Assembly (NCBI GenBank): GCA_037446395.1
Contig: JBBIIP010000008.1
Location: 7,246-71,245, forward strand
Direction: 5' to 3'
Length of the DNA stretch: 64,000 nt
From: Lentimicrobiaceae bacterium
Lineage (GTDB): Bacteria; Bacteroidota; Bacteroidia; Bacteroidales; JAAYJT01
Both the position numbers and the translations under genes were made by a program. This document shows, in pieces, positions 28,802 through 39,138 of the stretch. Within the stretch, counting starts at the first letter, position 1. Every line of letters begins with the position of its first letter. A model generated the notes under the pieces. The model was given only the letters and a program-made list of their open reading frames with translations. It had not been told where the DNA came from and made no database searches.

Positions 28802-30625
28802 TCATTCAGGAATGCTGAAGGTTTCTTCAACATCCCAGTTTGCCCTGACTTCAATTGTGGCAGAAAACAAATACACGCTTTCTGGCTGCAGGGCTTTGAG
28901 GTAGATTCCTGTGTCCCACTTACGGTTTTGGTTTCCATCGCGAATTATCCTGACCTTGTATTTACCCGGCAGAAGATAGCTGAAAACAGCCGCTTCCCCA
29001 TCAGGTATTCCGTGTTTTTGCGACAATATTTGATCCTTTTCGTCGAGAAGGTGAACGACGATTTCTTCTTTTTGAAATGTATGGCGTAATTTAATTTTAA
29101 TGCTTCCATATTCGTTCATCTCACGGGTTTTAAACCTGAACTGCAAAGTATCGTGGGTGTTTCCATAAACGCCAAAGAAAACCGAATCAGGAATCAAAAT
29201 TTTATACGAAGTTGCTTCTTTCCATGGATGATTGATTAGTAAAGTTCGTTTTGCAGGATCAATAAAATCAAGGGATGGGCGAATAATAATCGAATCCTGA
29301 ACAAGGTGAATTTGTTCTTTGCGGTAAGAACCGATTGGTTCAGAAAAGGTCAATATTACGGGGGTGTGAAGATGGGCGGGTGACGAAAATGGCAGTTTAC
29401 TTTTTACCTGCAACACAGACTTTTCAGTTAGTTCAGCCCGGAGTCCGCGGCCAGTTTTGGGTGCTTCAAGGTTAAACTCTAAGGTATCAGTTTTTGGCTT
29501 ATGATTGTTAACAAGGATTTGAAGCGATTCTCCGCTTACATTTTGCAGCCACAACCAGAGTGTATCGCGGCCTTGGTTCCACTCGTCAATCCTCCAACTT
29601 GCCTCTGTGGGAGGGTAGGTTGTGATGTCAATATTCCTAACCGGATACCTGAATATTATTTCGATTTTATTTGGATATATATAAGCGGATTTTTCGATCC
29701 GTTGTGTTGAGTCAACCTCTGAAAAAAGGCGTAAACTGATTTTAGCATGTGCAGAAGGAATTTCTTCTGTGCTTTGAGTGCTCGCGGTTTGACTTTTTTC
29801 GTTTTTCTTCCCCCCTGAAAGTGAGGTTTTATGGGTTTCTGTTTTTCCACTGTTCTCCATTTTCAGAGAGTCTGAATTGACTAAACTATCTGCCGGGATT
29901 TTTGGAGCGGGGGCAATAGGATAGATCAAAGTATCGCTAAAAGCAATTTCTTCCTTGGGTAGGTCAAAGAGCAAATTACTATTCAGATCTCGCAAGGCAA
30001 ATATCTTATAGGGCATGTTTCGAAGATGAGTAAAGGAGAATTCTCCGTTTTTGTTTGTTCGCGAGATATAGTATGGTGTCTGAAGATAAGGAACTGAATC
30101 GGTGTAAACATCATACAACATAACATTTATCTCCTTCTCGGGGCTCAGCATGAATGCATTGAGAACTTCTCCGGATAGCTCCATGGAATCGAGTACAGGG
30201 CCGGTTGAAAAGATGTATTTAAATCCCCTGAGTATATTTCCTTCATTCAGATCAGTGATGGCATCTCCAAAAAAGAGTGTATAGGTTGTATTCGGTTTTA
30301 GCGACTCTTCGATTGATACGACCAGGGTTTTACCTCGAACTTTAATCTCTGGAACCTGATCGAAAGGTGGCGAGCATAAAAACTGCTCCTGAAGGTTTTT
30401 TAATACAATATATTCATTAAACCAAATTTTTATTTCCCTGGCACTGAAGTGCGCCGATCCGTTTTGGGGATCACTTCGGACAACAGCCGGCGGGGTTTCG
30501 TCTTTGACTCCTCCTGTCGGGGCAACAGGGTTTGCGCATCCAGCAAATACAGCCAATAGGGTTAAAAAAAAGAACCAGTATATCTTTTCTTCCTGGCCAA
30601 AAAAAATAGATCTGAAACCTGTCAT
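28802..30625 (-). CDS. Ig-like (SbsA/Big_5-type) domain lipoprotein
   Basis: Lipoprotein signal LAVFAGC followed by DETPPAVVRSDPQNGS..., typical of the SbsA-like Ig domain. Start is probably ATG 30625 (ORF track 30679). Confidence 0.75.
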   Translation of the reverse strand: MTGFRSIFFGQEEKIYWFFFLTLLAVFAGCANPVAPTGGVKDETPPAVVRSDPQNGSAHFSAREIKIWFNEYIVLKNLQEQFLCSPPFDQVPEIKVRGKTLVVSIEESLKPNTTYTLFFGDAITDLNEGNILRGFKYIFSTGPVLDSMELSGEVLNAFMLSPEKEINVMLYDVYTDSVPYLQTPYYISRTNKNGEFSFTHLRNMPYKIFALRDLNSNLLFDLPKEEIAFSDTLIYPIAPAPKIPADSLVNSDSLKMENSGKTETHKTSLSGGKKNEKSQTASTQSTEEIPSAHAKISLRLFSEVDSTQRIEKSAYIYPNKIEIIFRYPVRNIDITTYPPTEASWRIDEWNQGRDTLWLWLQNVSGESLQILVNNHKPKTDTLEFNLEAPKTGRGLRAELTEKSVLQVKSKLPFSSPAHLHTPVILTFSEPIGSYRKEQIHLVQDSIIIRPSLDFIDPAKRTLLINHPWKEATSYKILIPDSVFFGVYGNTHDTLQFRFKTREMNEYGSIKIKLRHTFQKEEIVVHLLDEKDQILSQKHGIPDGEAAVFSYLLPGKYKVRIIRDGNQNRKWDTGIYLKALQPESVYLFSATIEVRANWDVEETFSIPE

Positions 30626-30794
30626 TAACAAATTTTGAATTGGGCATACAAACCTACTCGAAATTTCTTTATCAGGCACCGTAGAAGTACCAAATCCACT
30701 TGAGGTTTGAAGTATTGCCTGCCTGTAAAGAATCCGAATTGAGCAATTTATCTTTGCTGCTTTTGTAAAAGTGATTAATATGGCACTTTTTATG

Positions 30795-30802
30795 TATGTT
30801 TG
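30795..30802 (+). promoter_or_regulatory. -7 box upstream of the MFS transporter gene
   Basis: TATGTTTG ~64 nt upstream of the TTG start. Confidence 0.35.
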
Positions 30803-30865
30803 GCTTATGATTTGTCACCCTGAAACCGCTGTTTAATTAAAGCAAAGCTCTATACACGCAATTTC

Positions 30866-32008
30866 TTGCTCATCAGCTTTGCGAACCTGCTGATGGCAAC
30901 TGGCTTTTATTTCCTCATGCCCACACTTCCGATGTTTATTGTTGATGAATTGAAGGGCAATACCGGCCAGATCGGATATATTCTGGCTGTCTATACGCTC
31001 TCGGCTTTGATTACGAGATTGGTGGCCGGATACGCAGTTGATTCCTATGGAAGAAAATGGATATATCTGATCTCCTTTTTGTTCTTTTCCTTTCTGCTGG
31101 GATTGTATATTGTGGCAGCCTCCATGGCCTGGTTGATGATACTCCGATTTGTTCATGGATTTTCGTGGGGCGCTTCTACAACAGCCGCTTCTACTGTGGT
31201 GGTTGATTTGGTTCCACCACAACGGCGAGGAGAAGCCATTGGCATATATGGACTTTCATTTACAATTGCCATGGCAGTCGGACCACTGATTGCCTTAGGA
31301 ATCCTTGCCCAGGAAGGCTACAAAATTATGTTTCTTACAGCCATGTTTTTGTCTTTGTTGGGATTTGGAATGGTTCTAATGGTAAGATTTCCTGCCTTCG
31401 AAAAACCGACAATACCTAAAAAATTTAACTTCAGAAATATAATTGCACCTACCACCCTACCGATGGCGCTCATACAGCTTTTGTTTGGCATCGCCTACGG
31501 TGGTATCTTGTCGTTTATCACGTTGTACGCACGAGAGAAAGATTTGGGTGGACCCGGAGTTTTCTTTTTGGTATTTGCTGCAGGGATAGCATTTTCAAGG
31601 ATTTTGTCGGGCAAGGTCTTTGATTTGCATGGGCCAAAGACGATCATGAGAGCGGGATTGCTTTCCGGTGTTGTTGGTCTGGCTTTGCTTGGGTTTGACG
31701 AAAGCCTGATGGGATTTTTATTTGCCGGCATCTTGATTGGTGTGTGCATGGGAGTTAGTATGCCTACGCTGCAAACGATGGCCAATAATGTAGTGGATAG
31801 CCGGATGCGTGGTGCAGCCAACGCCACATTTATTACAGCGTTTGATATCGGCATTGGTGCAGGGTCGTTATTGCTGGGGTTTATTGCTCAATGGACTAGC
31901 CTGGCGTGCATGTATCTCCTGAGTGCATTAATTGTTTTTGCAGCCTTGGCGATTTACACATTTTTTGTTCAGCAGTTTTATGAGCGAAAACGACTGAATT
32001 CGCAATAG
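30866..32008 (+). CDS. MFS transporter
   Basis: 380 aa, about 12 hydrophobic helices, MFS loop motif GYAVDSYGRKW. The TTG start is uncertain. Confidence 0.88.
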   Translation: MLISFANLLMATGFYFLMPTLPMFIVDELKGNTGQIGYILAVYTLSALITRLVAGYAVDSYGRKWIYLISFLFFSFLLGLYIVAASMAWLMILRFVHGFSWGASTTAASTVVVDLVPPQRRGEAIGIYGLSFTIAMAVGPLIALGILAQEGYKIMFLTAMFLSLLGFGMVLMVRFPAFEKPTIPKKFNFRNIIAPTTLPMALIQLLFGIAYGGILSFITLYAREKDLGGPGVFFLVFAAGIAFSRILSGKVFDLHGPKTIMRAGLLSGVVGLALLGFDESLMGFLFAGILIGVCMGVSMPTLQTMANNVVDSRMRGAANATFITAFDIGIGAGSLLLGFIAQWTSLACMYLLSALIVFAALAIYTFFVQQFYERKRLNSQ

Positions 32009-32122
32009 AATGCTCCTAATGTAATCAGGTTACGTCACCTCATCTGCATTGAGCAGTATAGGCTCAAAAAAAGGTGAAGTAATCTAGCGTTTTAGCCAAT
32101 ATACAATGGTTGGTGCGCTGGT

Positions 32123-33088
32123 TTATTTCAGCAGGTTCCGAACAATCTGCTCAACCCCCATCCCATCGGCTTCGGCTTTGTAGTTCCGCACAATGCGATG
32201 GCGTAGGATGTCTTCGGCAACTGCCTTTACATCTTCAATATCCGGAGAGAATTTGCCATGGATTGCACCATGGCATTTTGCACCGATGATGAGGTATTGC
32301 GAGGCCCTTGGGCCAGCACCCCAGGTGATATAATTGTTTATTTGCTGGGTAGCGAGTGAAGTATGTGGACGGGTGCTGGCAGCCAATTTCACCGCATAGT
32401 TGTAAACATTGTCTGCCACAGGGATGCGCCGGATCAGGTTCTGAAAATAAATGATCTCATCGGCCTGTAAAACAACGTGTGGATTAGCATCAATGCCGGT
32501 AGTGGTTTGTTTAACGACATCAATTTCCTCAGAAAAGGAAGGATAATTGAGCCAAATATTAAACATAAACCGATCAAGTTGAGCCTCTGGAAGCGGATAG
32601 GTTCCTTCCTGCTCGATGGGGTTCTGTGTTGCCAAAACAAAAAAGGGTTCGTTCAGGCGATAACTTACCCCTGCAACCGTTACCGATTTTTCTTGCATGG
32701 CTTCCAACAAGGCCGATTGTGTTTTGGGCGGGGTGCGATTGATTTCATCGGCCAGCACGATGTTCGCAAATACAGGTCCTTTTACGAATTTAAACTGGCG
32801 GTTTTCGTCGAGAATTTCGGTTCCTGTGATATCGGATGGCATTAAGTCGGGGGTGAATTGTATGCGCGAATAGGTTAAGCCCAAAACCCGCGATATGGTA
32901 TTGACCATAAGTGTTTTGGCCAGGCCGGGCACTCCCACAAGCAGTCCATGGCCCTTGCTGAAAATGGACACCAGCACGCGCTCGATCACTTCATCCTGGC
33001 CCACAATTACTTTTGCTATTTCTTTCCGAAGTTCACTGTATTTTTCAACGAAAGCCTCGAGGGATTCAATATCTGATTTAAACTGCAT
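32123..33088 (-). CDS. MoxR-family AAA+ ATPase
   Basis: 321 aa with VIVGQDEVIERVL, Walker A GVPGLAKT and Walker B VLADEINR. Confidence 0.94.
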   Translation of the reverse strand: MQFKSDIESLEAFVEKYSELRKEIAKVIVGQDEVIERVLVSIFSKGHGLLVGVPGLAKTLMVNTISRVLGLTYSRIQFTPDLMPSDITGTEILDENRQFKFVKGPVFANIVLADEINRTPPKTQSALLEAMQEKSVTVAGVSYRLNEPFFVLATQNPIEQEGTYPLPEAQLDRFMFNIWLNYPSFSEEIDVVKQTTTGIDANPHVVLQADEIIYFQNLIRRIPVADNVYNYAVKLAASTRPHTSLATQQINNYITWGAGPRASQYLIIGAKCHGAIHGKFSPDIEDVKAVAEDILRHRIVRNYKAEADGMGVEQIVRNLLK

Positions 33089-33136
33089 GGCGGGTGAAGT
33101 TTTGGTTGTAGTATATGATGGAAGTAATAGAACAGG

Positions 33137-34477
33137 CTAATGAAACCATTTGTTTTCAAACTGGCATGATTGATAATGCTCAACCATGCTGATGTATGTT
33201 TTTCGTGTTTTTTCATCAACCCATGCGTTCATCGCTTTTTTTTGCTTTTTCTCGAGTGCCCAGTTTTGTATCCGGCTGTAATCATCGCGTAGATTTGCTC
33301 TATGAGGCAATGTTCTTTCGCTTAGAAAAAGAACCCTATAGGCATTATTTCCTTCCTCGTCGGTAAAAGGAACCGCATTGGAAATATCTCCAACCTGAAG
33401 TTTATCAACCACAAAAAAAACTGCCGGATCGAGTTGTTCTGCCTCAAACCTGGTGTTTCCGGTGTAGTAATTGACCAGCATCCCTCCGTGGATTTTGCCG
33501 GGGTCATCACAATATTTGAGGGCTTGGTCGAAGGTAATTTTATTTTCTTTGATGAGGGTTGTCAAGCTATCAAGAAAGTTTTTTGCTATCTGAAGTTCAA
33601 CAGGCGAAGGCTTAGGCCTGAGTAGAATATGCCTTGTGTTGATGGTTTCGCCGCGACGCTCAATGAGTTGGATTATGTGAAAACCCGCCTTGGTTTTGAT
33701 AATGTCCGAAATTTGCCCCTTTTCGAGGCTGAAAGCAACTGCTTCAAATTCTGGGTAAAGCTCACCCCGCCTAAAAAACCCTAACTCACCCCCTTTGGAG
33801 GCAGATCCAGGGTCTTCGGAATAAAGCGCTGCGAATGTTGCAAACCGCTCACCGGCGATGATGCGGTCGCGGTAAGTTTTTAAACGATTACGAATGGCAT
33901 TGGTTTCCTCGGTGCTCACAGGCGGCTTTTTTACTATCTGGCGCACCTCATATTCCGCCGGAATCAAGGGGAGGCTATCGGTTGGAATCGTATTAAAAAA
34001 GGCCCGAACTTCGCTGGGAGTTACCTTGGTTTTACCAGTTATCTTTTCCTGCACATCATCAGCCATTAACTGATCTTTTATTACATCCCTGAACTCGTTT
34101 TTGATTTCAAGTACGGATTTTCCGTAGAACGATTCGAGTTTTTCCTGAGATCCAAACTGGGAGACATAATATCTTATACGCTGGTCGAGTGTTGATTCAA
34201 TTTGCGAATCAGTAACCTTTACACTATCAATTTCAGCCTGATTAATGAGGAGTTTCTGAATGAGTAGGTCTTCTAGCGCCTGGCATTTAAGGGTTGAGTG
34301 CGATCGGGTAATTCCTTGAGCCTTGAATTGTGTAGCCTGGGCCTCAAGATCGGATTCCAGAATTATTTTATTGCCAACGACCGCCACCACTTCATCAATT
34401 AGCACCCCTTGAGTATGCACACTATTTGTGATCGCAAACATTAATAACAAAAAAATAAAAATGCTCCTGTTAATCAT
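33137..34477 (-). CDS. SurA-like periplasmic peptidyl-prolyl isomerase/chaperone
   Basis: Signal peptide ends VHT|Q. One parvulin domain (GGELGFFRRGELYPEFEAVAF...AGFHIIQL). Start ATG 34477 (ORF track 34543). Confidence 0.88.
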   Translation of the reverse strand: MINRSIFIFLLLMFAITNSVHTQGVLIDEVVAVVGNKIILESDLEAQATQFKAQGITRSHSTLKCQALEDLLIQKLLINQAEIDSVKVTDSQIESTLDQRIRYYVSQFGSQEKLESFYGKSVLEIKNEFRDVIKDQLMADDVQEKITGKTKVTPSEVRAFFNTIPTDSLPLIPAEYEVRQIVKKPPVSTEETNAIRNRLKTYRDRIIAGERFATFAALYSEDPGSASKGGELGFFRRGELYPEFEAVAFSLEKGQISDIIKTKAGFHIIQLIERRGETINTRHILLRPKPSPVELQIAKNFLDSLTTLIKENKITFDQALKYCDDPGKIHGGMLVNYYTGNTRFEAEQLDPAVFFVVDKLQVGDISNAVPFTDEEGNNAYRVLFLSERTLPHRANLRDDYSRIQNWALEKKQKKAMNAWVDEKTRKTYISMVEHYQSCQFENKWFH

Positions 34478-34502
34478 GATGTTATTCTTAATAATTTGAA
34501 TT

Positions 34503-35396
34503 TCAGTATATTTCAAAATAATTATTTTTGACCCCCAACTCATAGATTTCGTCTTGTGTCTTTTGTATCAGCTCAAGCTTTCGACGGTTGAGCAATATAT
34601 TTCTGACTATGCTCTCGTTTAAGCTCAGCGGAGCTGTGCTTTCTTTGATTTTAAAATCTTTGATTTGAACGAAATAAATATATAATGAATCTCTGACTTC
34701 AAAATTTCGGTTATATTTAAGAAATTCTTCCTGATTATAAGTTCGAATTGGTACCTCGGCCATAAAGTCATTAAAATAAACCCACTCGTTGTTATCAAAA
34801 GAATAGTTCAGGCCGTTTTTTCTGCAGTATTGTCTCAAGGCAGTTTTGTCAGCCGGGGTTCCTAGCTTCCAATGATTTCTCAATTTTCTGATTTCTTTCG
34901 ATTCTGCATCAACCTGCACGTAGTTGGCTTTTAGGATGTTTTCTTTCAGCTCAAAATCAGCCATGTTTGCTGTATAATAGTCCTGAATTTCCTGCTTGCT
35001 AACTATAGTATCGAGCTGATCCCTCACAATTTTGCCTTCAAATTCGTATATCACAAGGCTATTGCGATAATTCTCCAATAGTTTGCTAAAATCTTTCTGG
35101 CTTTCAGTAAGGTTGGCTTCAGCTTCGTGAAGTAAAAGTTGCTGCCTTACCCAATTATTGATAACATTCTGCACCGCATTGACGCTATCCTGAGGGGTCA
35201 AACCTCTTGGAATAGCGGTAGCAATATTACTTTCATAAAGTGTCTTTTTATGAACCCTGGCCAAAATCCTATCTTCACTCTTAGCTTCCAGCAACCGATT
35301 GCAGCCAGAAAAAAACAAGCTCCCCGCAATGATAAGTGGTACACAGAATGACAATCGAAAACCGATGTTAAGGCTTGATTTGAGGAATGAGATCAT
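34503..35396 (-). CDS. SurA-N-like periplasmic lipoprotein (no PPIase domain seen)
   Basis: Lipoprotein signal LFFSGC and a helical SurA-N-like region (VINNWVRQQLLLHEAE). ATG 35396 is the only in-frame ATG that gives a signal peptide, and it overlaps the upstream gene by 29 nt. Confidence 0.7.
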   Translation of the reverse strand: MISFLKSSLNIGFRLSFCVPLIIAGSLFFSGCNRLLEAKSEDRILARVHKKTLYESNIATAIPRGLTPQDSVNAVQNVINNWVRQQLLLHEAEANLTESQKDFSKLLENYRNSLVIYEFEGKIVRDQLDTIVSKQEIQDYYTANMADFELKENILKANYVQVDAESKEIRKLRNHWKLGTPADKTALRQYCRKNGLNYSFDNNEWVYFNDFMAEVPIRTYNQEEFLKYNRNFEVRDSLYIYFVQIKDFKIKESTAPLSLNESIVRNILLNRRKLELIQKTQDEIYELGVKNNYFEIY

Positions 35397-37419
35397 AATT
35401 GATTTTAACTGGATATTTATTTCTGAGTTCTTTGATCCATTCCTTTTCGAGGTAGTTCTGATAATCAGCAGTAACAAGGCCCCTGGCATCGTTTAGTTCT
35501 TTCGGGCCAGGCTCAAGAGTGTTGTGAATAACAACTAAAGCCTTGTGCCCGTCATTGCTCATTGTTTCCTTTACTCCGTAGGTCCATTCAACTTTATCAA
35601 CAAGTTCATGATCGCCTTTCGAAAAGTTTTTGCGTTGAATCATAAGCACTTGATTATCTTTATTAACCTGTGCAAGAATTTCTTCGTTTTCTAGCTTCTC
35701 CGCAGCCAGCGACTTAGCCTTTGAAAATAAGATATTATCCTCGGACAAGAAAGTGAAAACTGAGGCATCTGCCCTTTCTCCCCACATGTAGTCGTAGCGA
35801 TGTTCCTGATAGTATTTGTCCAGCCCGGTGGTATCCTTGACAGCCTTTGACCAAATTTTCTTATCAGTGAGCTCAAATAAAAGTATCCCGTCGTGATACT
35901 CGTTCATAAGCGCCCTGAATTCAGGATATTTCTTTTCGAGTTGGCGATCCTCGTAATTAAGCAATTCTTTTTCGACATAAGCATGATAATTTCCCATCAG
36001 TTGTGTCTGAAAATCGAAAGGTCTTGGCGGTTTTGGGATTGACACAAGATAGTCGCGGAAATTTTTCTGTGTATATTTCTTTTTCCCGATTGAAAAAAGC
36101 GGTTTAGAAAGATTTACATTCTCCGGCATTGTCCAATTGCCCTCAAGCGTGTCGTTTTTCAGGTGAGTAAGAAATGGGTTGAGTGCTGAAGGTTTTTCCT
36201 TGAACCCATATTCTTTCTTAATTCTTCTTGCCAGTGATTCTTTTATCACCTCCGATCTTTCATTCTTTTGAACCTTGTCTTTAAGCTCGGCATAGGCTTC
36301 ATTAAAACCTCCTGGTTTCTTTAGATCAAGCAGTTTTACGATATGCCATCCAAACTGTGTTTGAAAAGGCGGGCTATAGTTACCTGGTTCTCCAAGTTTA
36401 TAAATTTCTTCAATGAAATTAGGAATCATCCTATTTGCGCCAAACCACTGCAGCACCCCGCCTTTATCGGCAGTTGACCGGTCATCGCTGTAATTAGCTG
36501 CCAGTTCATCAAAAGAAATCCCTGAATTGAGCTTCTCATAAACCATTTTTGCTTTCTGGTGCACCAGGGCCGAGTCCTGGTGGGCTGCTCCGGGTGAATT
36601 TAAAAACAGGATATGCGCTGCCAATATTTTACCCAAAGCCGGTTTGCGATCAGTAAGAAGAATGAGATGGTATCCAAATTCTGTTCTGACAGGTTTGCTA
36701 ATTTGGTTTATTTTCAATGAATAGGCAGCATTTTCGAATGGATAAATCATATCAAATACTGTGAAATAACCCAGATCGCCTCTGTTTCCGCGAATGATGC
36801 GGTCGCCTGCGTCACGGTCACGGGCGGATGGATCTTCTGACATTTCAGCCGCAACATTGGCAAATGGTTCACCATTTGAGAGGCGTTCCCATATTTTCAT
36901 GGCCTTTTGGAATGCGGCCATTGTGTCGGCAGGAATGGCTTCTTTATCAACCCTTACCAAAATATGGCTTGCCCTGAGGTCTTCTTTTGAACGCTCCCAA
37001 GCCTCTTTTATCAATCTTTCGGTTGCTTCTTCATCTACCATGTAGGGTTTGGCCAATTGTGCCCGATAGCCATTTAGCTCCTGCCGAAAAGATTTCAGTG
37101 TATCGTAGCCAAGCACTTTGGCTTCTTTCACTTTCAAACGAAAATTCACATACAAATCGAGATATTCTTTGATAGAGGCCTGGTCGGTTGTTTCGGCAAG
37201 GTTGTTATTCTTACGAAAGACCTGAACAAATTCCTGCATTGTGACCTTCTCGCCAGCTATCTCAGCAAGAATTTTTTTGTGGTTGGTTTGTGAAGAAAGT
37301 GAGCCAGAAAGACACAAAAAACATATTGCTATAAGAATTAGGTGGCTCTTGTTTGGTAAGTAATTAAAATAGAGCGCTTTTACCATGGTTTCTGTTTTAT
37401 GATTCAAGTATATTTTCAA
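35368..37419 (-). CDS. PpiD/SurA-like peptidyl-prolyl isomerase with two parvulin domains
   Basis: 683 aa with a signal peptide ending SS|Q. Two parvulin domains (RASHILVRV...GDLGYFTVFDMIYPFENAAY...FGYHLILL, and AAHILF...GGVLQWFGANRMIPNFIEEIY...FGWHIVKL). The start could be ATG 37386. Confidence 0.9.
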   Translation of the reverse strand: MKIYLNHKTETMVKALYFNYLPNKSHLILIAICFLCLSGSLSSQTNHKKILAEIAGEKVTMQEFVQVFRKNNNLAETTDQASIKEYLDLYVNFRLKVKEAKVLGYDTLKSFRQELNGYRAQLAKPYMVDEEATERLIKEAWERSKEDLRASHILVRVDKEAIPADTMAAFQKAMKIWERLSNGEPFANVAAEMSEDPSARDRDAGDRIIRGNRGDLGYFTVFDMIYPFENAAYSLKINQISKPVRTEFGYHLILLTDRKPALGKILAAHILFLNSPGAAHQDSALVHQKAKMVYEKLNSGISFDELAANYSDDRSTADKGGVLQWFGANRMIPNFIEEIYKLGEPGNYSPPFQTQFGWHIVKLLDLKKPGGFNEAYAELKDKVQKNERSEVIKESLARRIKKEYGFKEKPSALNPFLTHLKNDTLEGNWTMPENVNLSKPLFSIGKKKYTQKNFRDYLVSIPKPPRPFDFQTQLMGNYHAYVEKELLNYEDRQLEKKYPEFRALMNEYHDGILLFELTDKKIWSKAVKDTTGLDKYYQEHRYDYMWGERADASVFTFLSEDNILFSKAKSLAAEKLENEEILAQVNKDNQVLMIQRKNFSKGDHELVDKVEWTYGVKETMSNDGHKALVVIHNTLEPGPKELNDARGLVTADYQNYLEKEWIKELRNKYPVKINYDLIPQIKP

Positions 37420-37494
37420 TTATTTAGTGATTCCTGAGATGGGGGTAGATACTAACGTGATATGCGTCAATGTATTTTAGGTTTAGCGGTTCTG

Positions 37495-38970
37495 TTAAAG
37501 TAATTTGCTATAATTTGGTGCTTCACTGGTGATTGTTATATCATGCGGATGCCCTTCGATTACTCCGGCCTGCGACATTTTGATGAATCGTGCCTTTTGC
37601 AGGGCTTCGATATCCAACGAGCCTGTATATCCCATTCCGGCACGCAATCCACCCACCATTTGGTGAATAACCTCAGACAACATTCCTTTATATGGAACCC
37701 TTCCTACAATTCCTTCGGGTACGAGTTTGCCAATATCTTCTTCTTCGGTTTGCTGGTATCGGTCTTTTGAACCTTTCTGCATGGCTTCGACAGATCCCAT
37801 TCCACGATATTTTTTGTATTTGCGCCCTTCAAAAATAAAAGTCTCTCCGGGCGACTCCTCAACGCCGGCAAACAAGCTGCCTGCCATGATGCTATGCGCT
37901 CCTGCAGCTAGGGCTTTCACGATATCCCCGGTAAAACGGATACCTCCGTCGGCTATTACTGGAATGCCCGTGCTCCTAATTGCTTTTGAAACATCATAAA
38001 TAGCGGTAAGTTGAGGAACTCCTATTCCGGCAATAACCCGAGTAGTGCAGATTGATCCTGGCCCAATGCCCACCTTCACTGCATCAACCCCAAGATTTGC
38101 CAGATCCTTTGCAGCCTCAGCTGTAGCGATGTTTCCAACGATAAGTTGGAGGTCTGGAAAATTTTTACGAATGAGCGTTACTGCATCAAATACTCCCTGG
38201 CTGTGCCCATGGGCGGTATCAACCACAATGGCATCAACATCAAACTTTGTGAGCATCGTCACACGATCGAGGAGGTCGGAAGTAACACCTACGGCAGCCG
38301 CCACACGCAAACGCCCACGCTCGTCTTTGCAGGCATTAGGACGTGCTTTGATCTTGATGATATCCTTATATGTGATCAGTCCCACCAGTTTGTTTTCCTT
38401 GTCAACTACGGGGAGTTTTTCGATGCGATATTTCTGAAGGATTTTTTCGGCACTCTCAAAGTCAATGAATTCAGGGGTTGTAATCAGGTTCTCTTTGGTC
38501 ATGACTTCGGTAACGGGTTTTTTGGGATTGCGCTCGAAGCGAAGATCGCGGCTGGTGATGATACCCACCAATTGGTGCTGATTATTTACCACCGGTATAC
38601 CTCCAATCTTGAATTCGTGCATGATCTTCAATGCATCTTCCACAAGGGCATCCTTGTTCAGTGTGATTGGATCGAGAATCATTCCGTTCTCGGCACGTTT
38701 CACTTTGCGCACTTCATTGGCCTGATCGGCAATGCTCATGTTTTTATGCAGCACCCCGATACCGCCTTCCTGGGCTATGGCAATGGCCATGGTTGATTCA
38801 GTTACGGTGTCCATGGCTGCCGAAACTATCGGAATGTTGAGCCTGATTTTTCGGGTAAAAAAAGTAGAGACATCTACTTTGCGTGGATGTACTTCACTAT
38901 AGGCCGGAACCAGCAGAACATCGTCAAAAGTGAGGCCCTCCCCGGCAAACTTTTCGGAATCGAACGACAT
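37495..38970 (-). CDS. guaB: IMP dehydrogenase
   Basis: 491 aa with a CBS pair, catalytic loop [11 protein letters not shown], and GGIRFTGD. Confidence 0.98.
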   Translation of the reverse strand: MSFDSEKFAGEGLTFDDVLLVPAYSEVHPRKVDVSTFFTRKIRLNIPIVSAAMDTVTESTMAIAIAQEGGIGVLHKNMSIADQANEVRKVKRAENGMILDPITLNKDALVEDALKIMHEFKIGGIPVVNNQHQLVGIITSRDLRFERNPKKPVTEVMTKENLITTPEFIDFESAEKILQKYRIEKLPVVDKENKLVGLITYKDIIKIKARPNACKDERGRLRVAAAVGVTSDLLDRVTMLTKFDVDAIVVDTAHGHSQGVFDAVTLIRKNFPDLQLIVGNIATAEAAKDLANLGVDAVKVGIGPGSICTTRVIAGIGVPQLTAIYDVSKAIRSTGIPVIADGGIRFTGDIVKALAAGAHSIMAGSLFAGVEESPGETFIFEGRKYKKYRGMGSVEAMQKGSKDRYQQTEEEDIGKLVPEGIVGRVPYKGMLSEVIHQMVGGLRAGMGYTGSLDIEALQKARFIKMSQAGVIEGHPHDITITSEAPNYSKLL

Positions 38971-39045
38971 AAAGATGCAATTTGGTTAAGGGGACAATCC
39001 AATTGAGAACTAATTTATTACTAGCCTCCCATGGAAAGTTTACCG

Positions 39046-39053
39046 CAAAGGTA
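39046..39053 (-). promoter_or_regulatory. -7 box (minus strand) upstream of guaB
   Basis: CAAAGGTA on the plus strand equals TACCTTTG on the minus strand, ~76 nt upstream of the guaB ATG. No further box is seen before the downstream PPIase/MoxR genes. Confidence 0.4.
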
Positions 39054-39138
39054 TTAAAAAATGAAAAACAGGGATCTTAAAATTTGTTAAGGACTGGGGT
39101 TGCCTCTCATCACTGGGATTACAAGATCATTGAAAGCC

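Noticed and set aside
30564-30606. Two A8 (coding-strand T8) homopolymers in the signal-peptide region of the Ig-like lipoprotein gene, as possible slipped-strand phase-variation sites
   Set aside because: Eight-nt A/T runs are common in this AT-rich sequence; A10/T10 runs occur in spacers. They simply encode Phe-rich hydrophobic segments, and there is no evidence of variation from a single sequence.
38146-38796. 216-aa plus-strand ORF, with 130-aa and 90-aa neighbours, inside guaB
   Set aside because: These ORFs are antisense to a near-perfect IMP dehydrogenase reading frame. They have low-complexity, unrecognisable translations and are typical shadow ORFs of a highly expressed gene.
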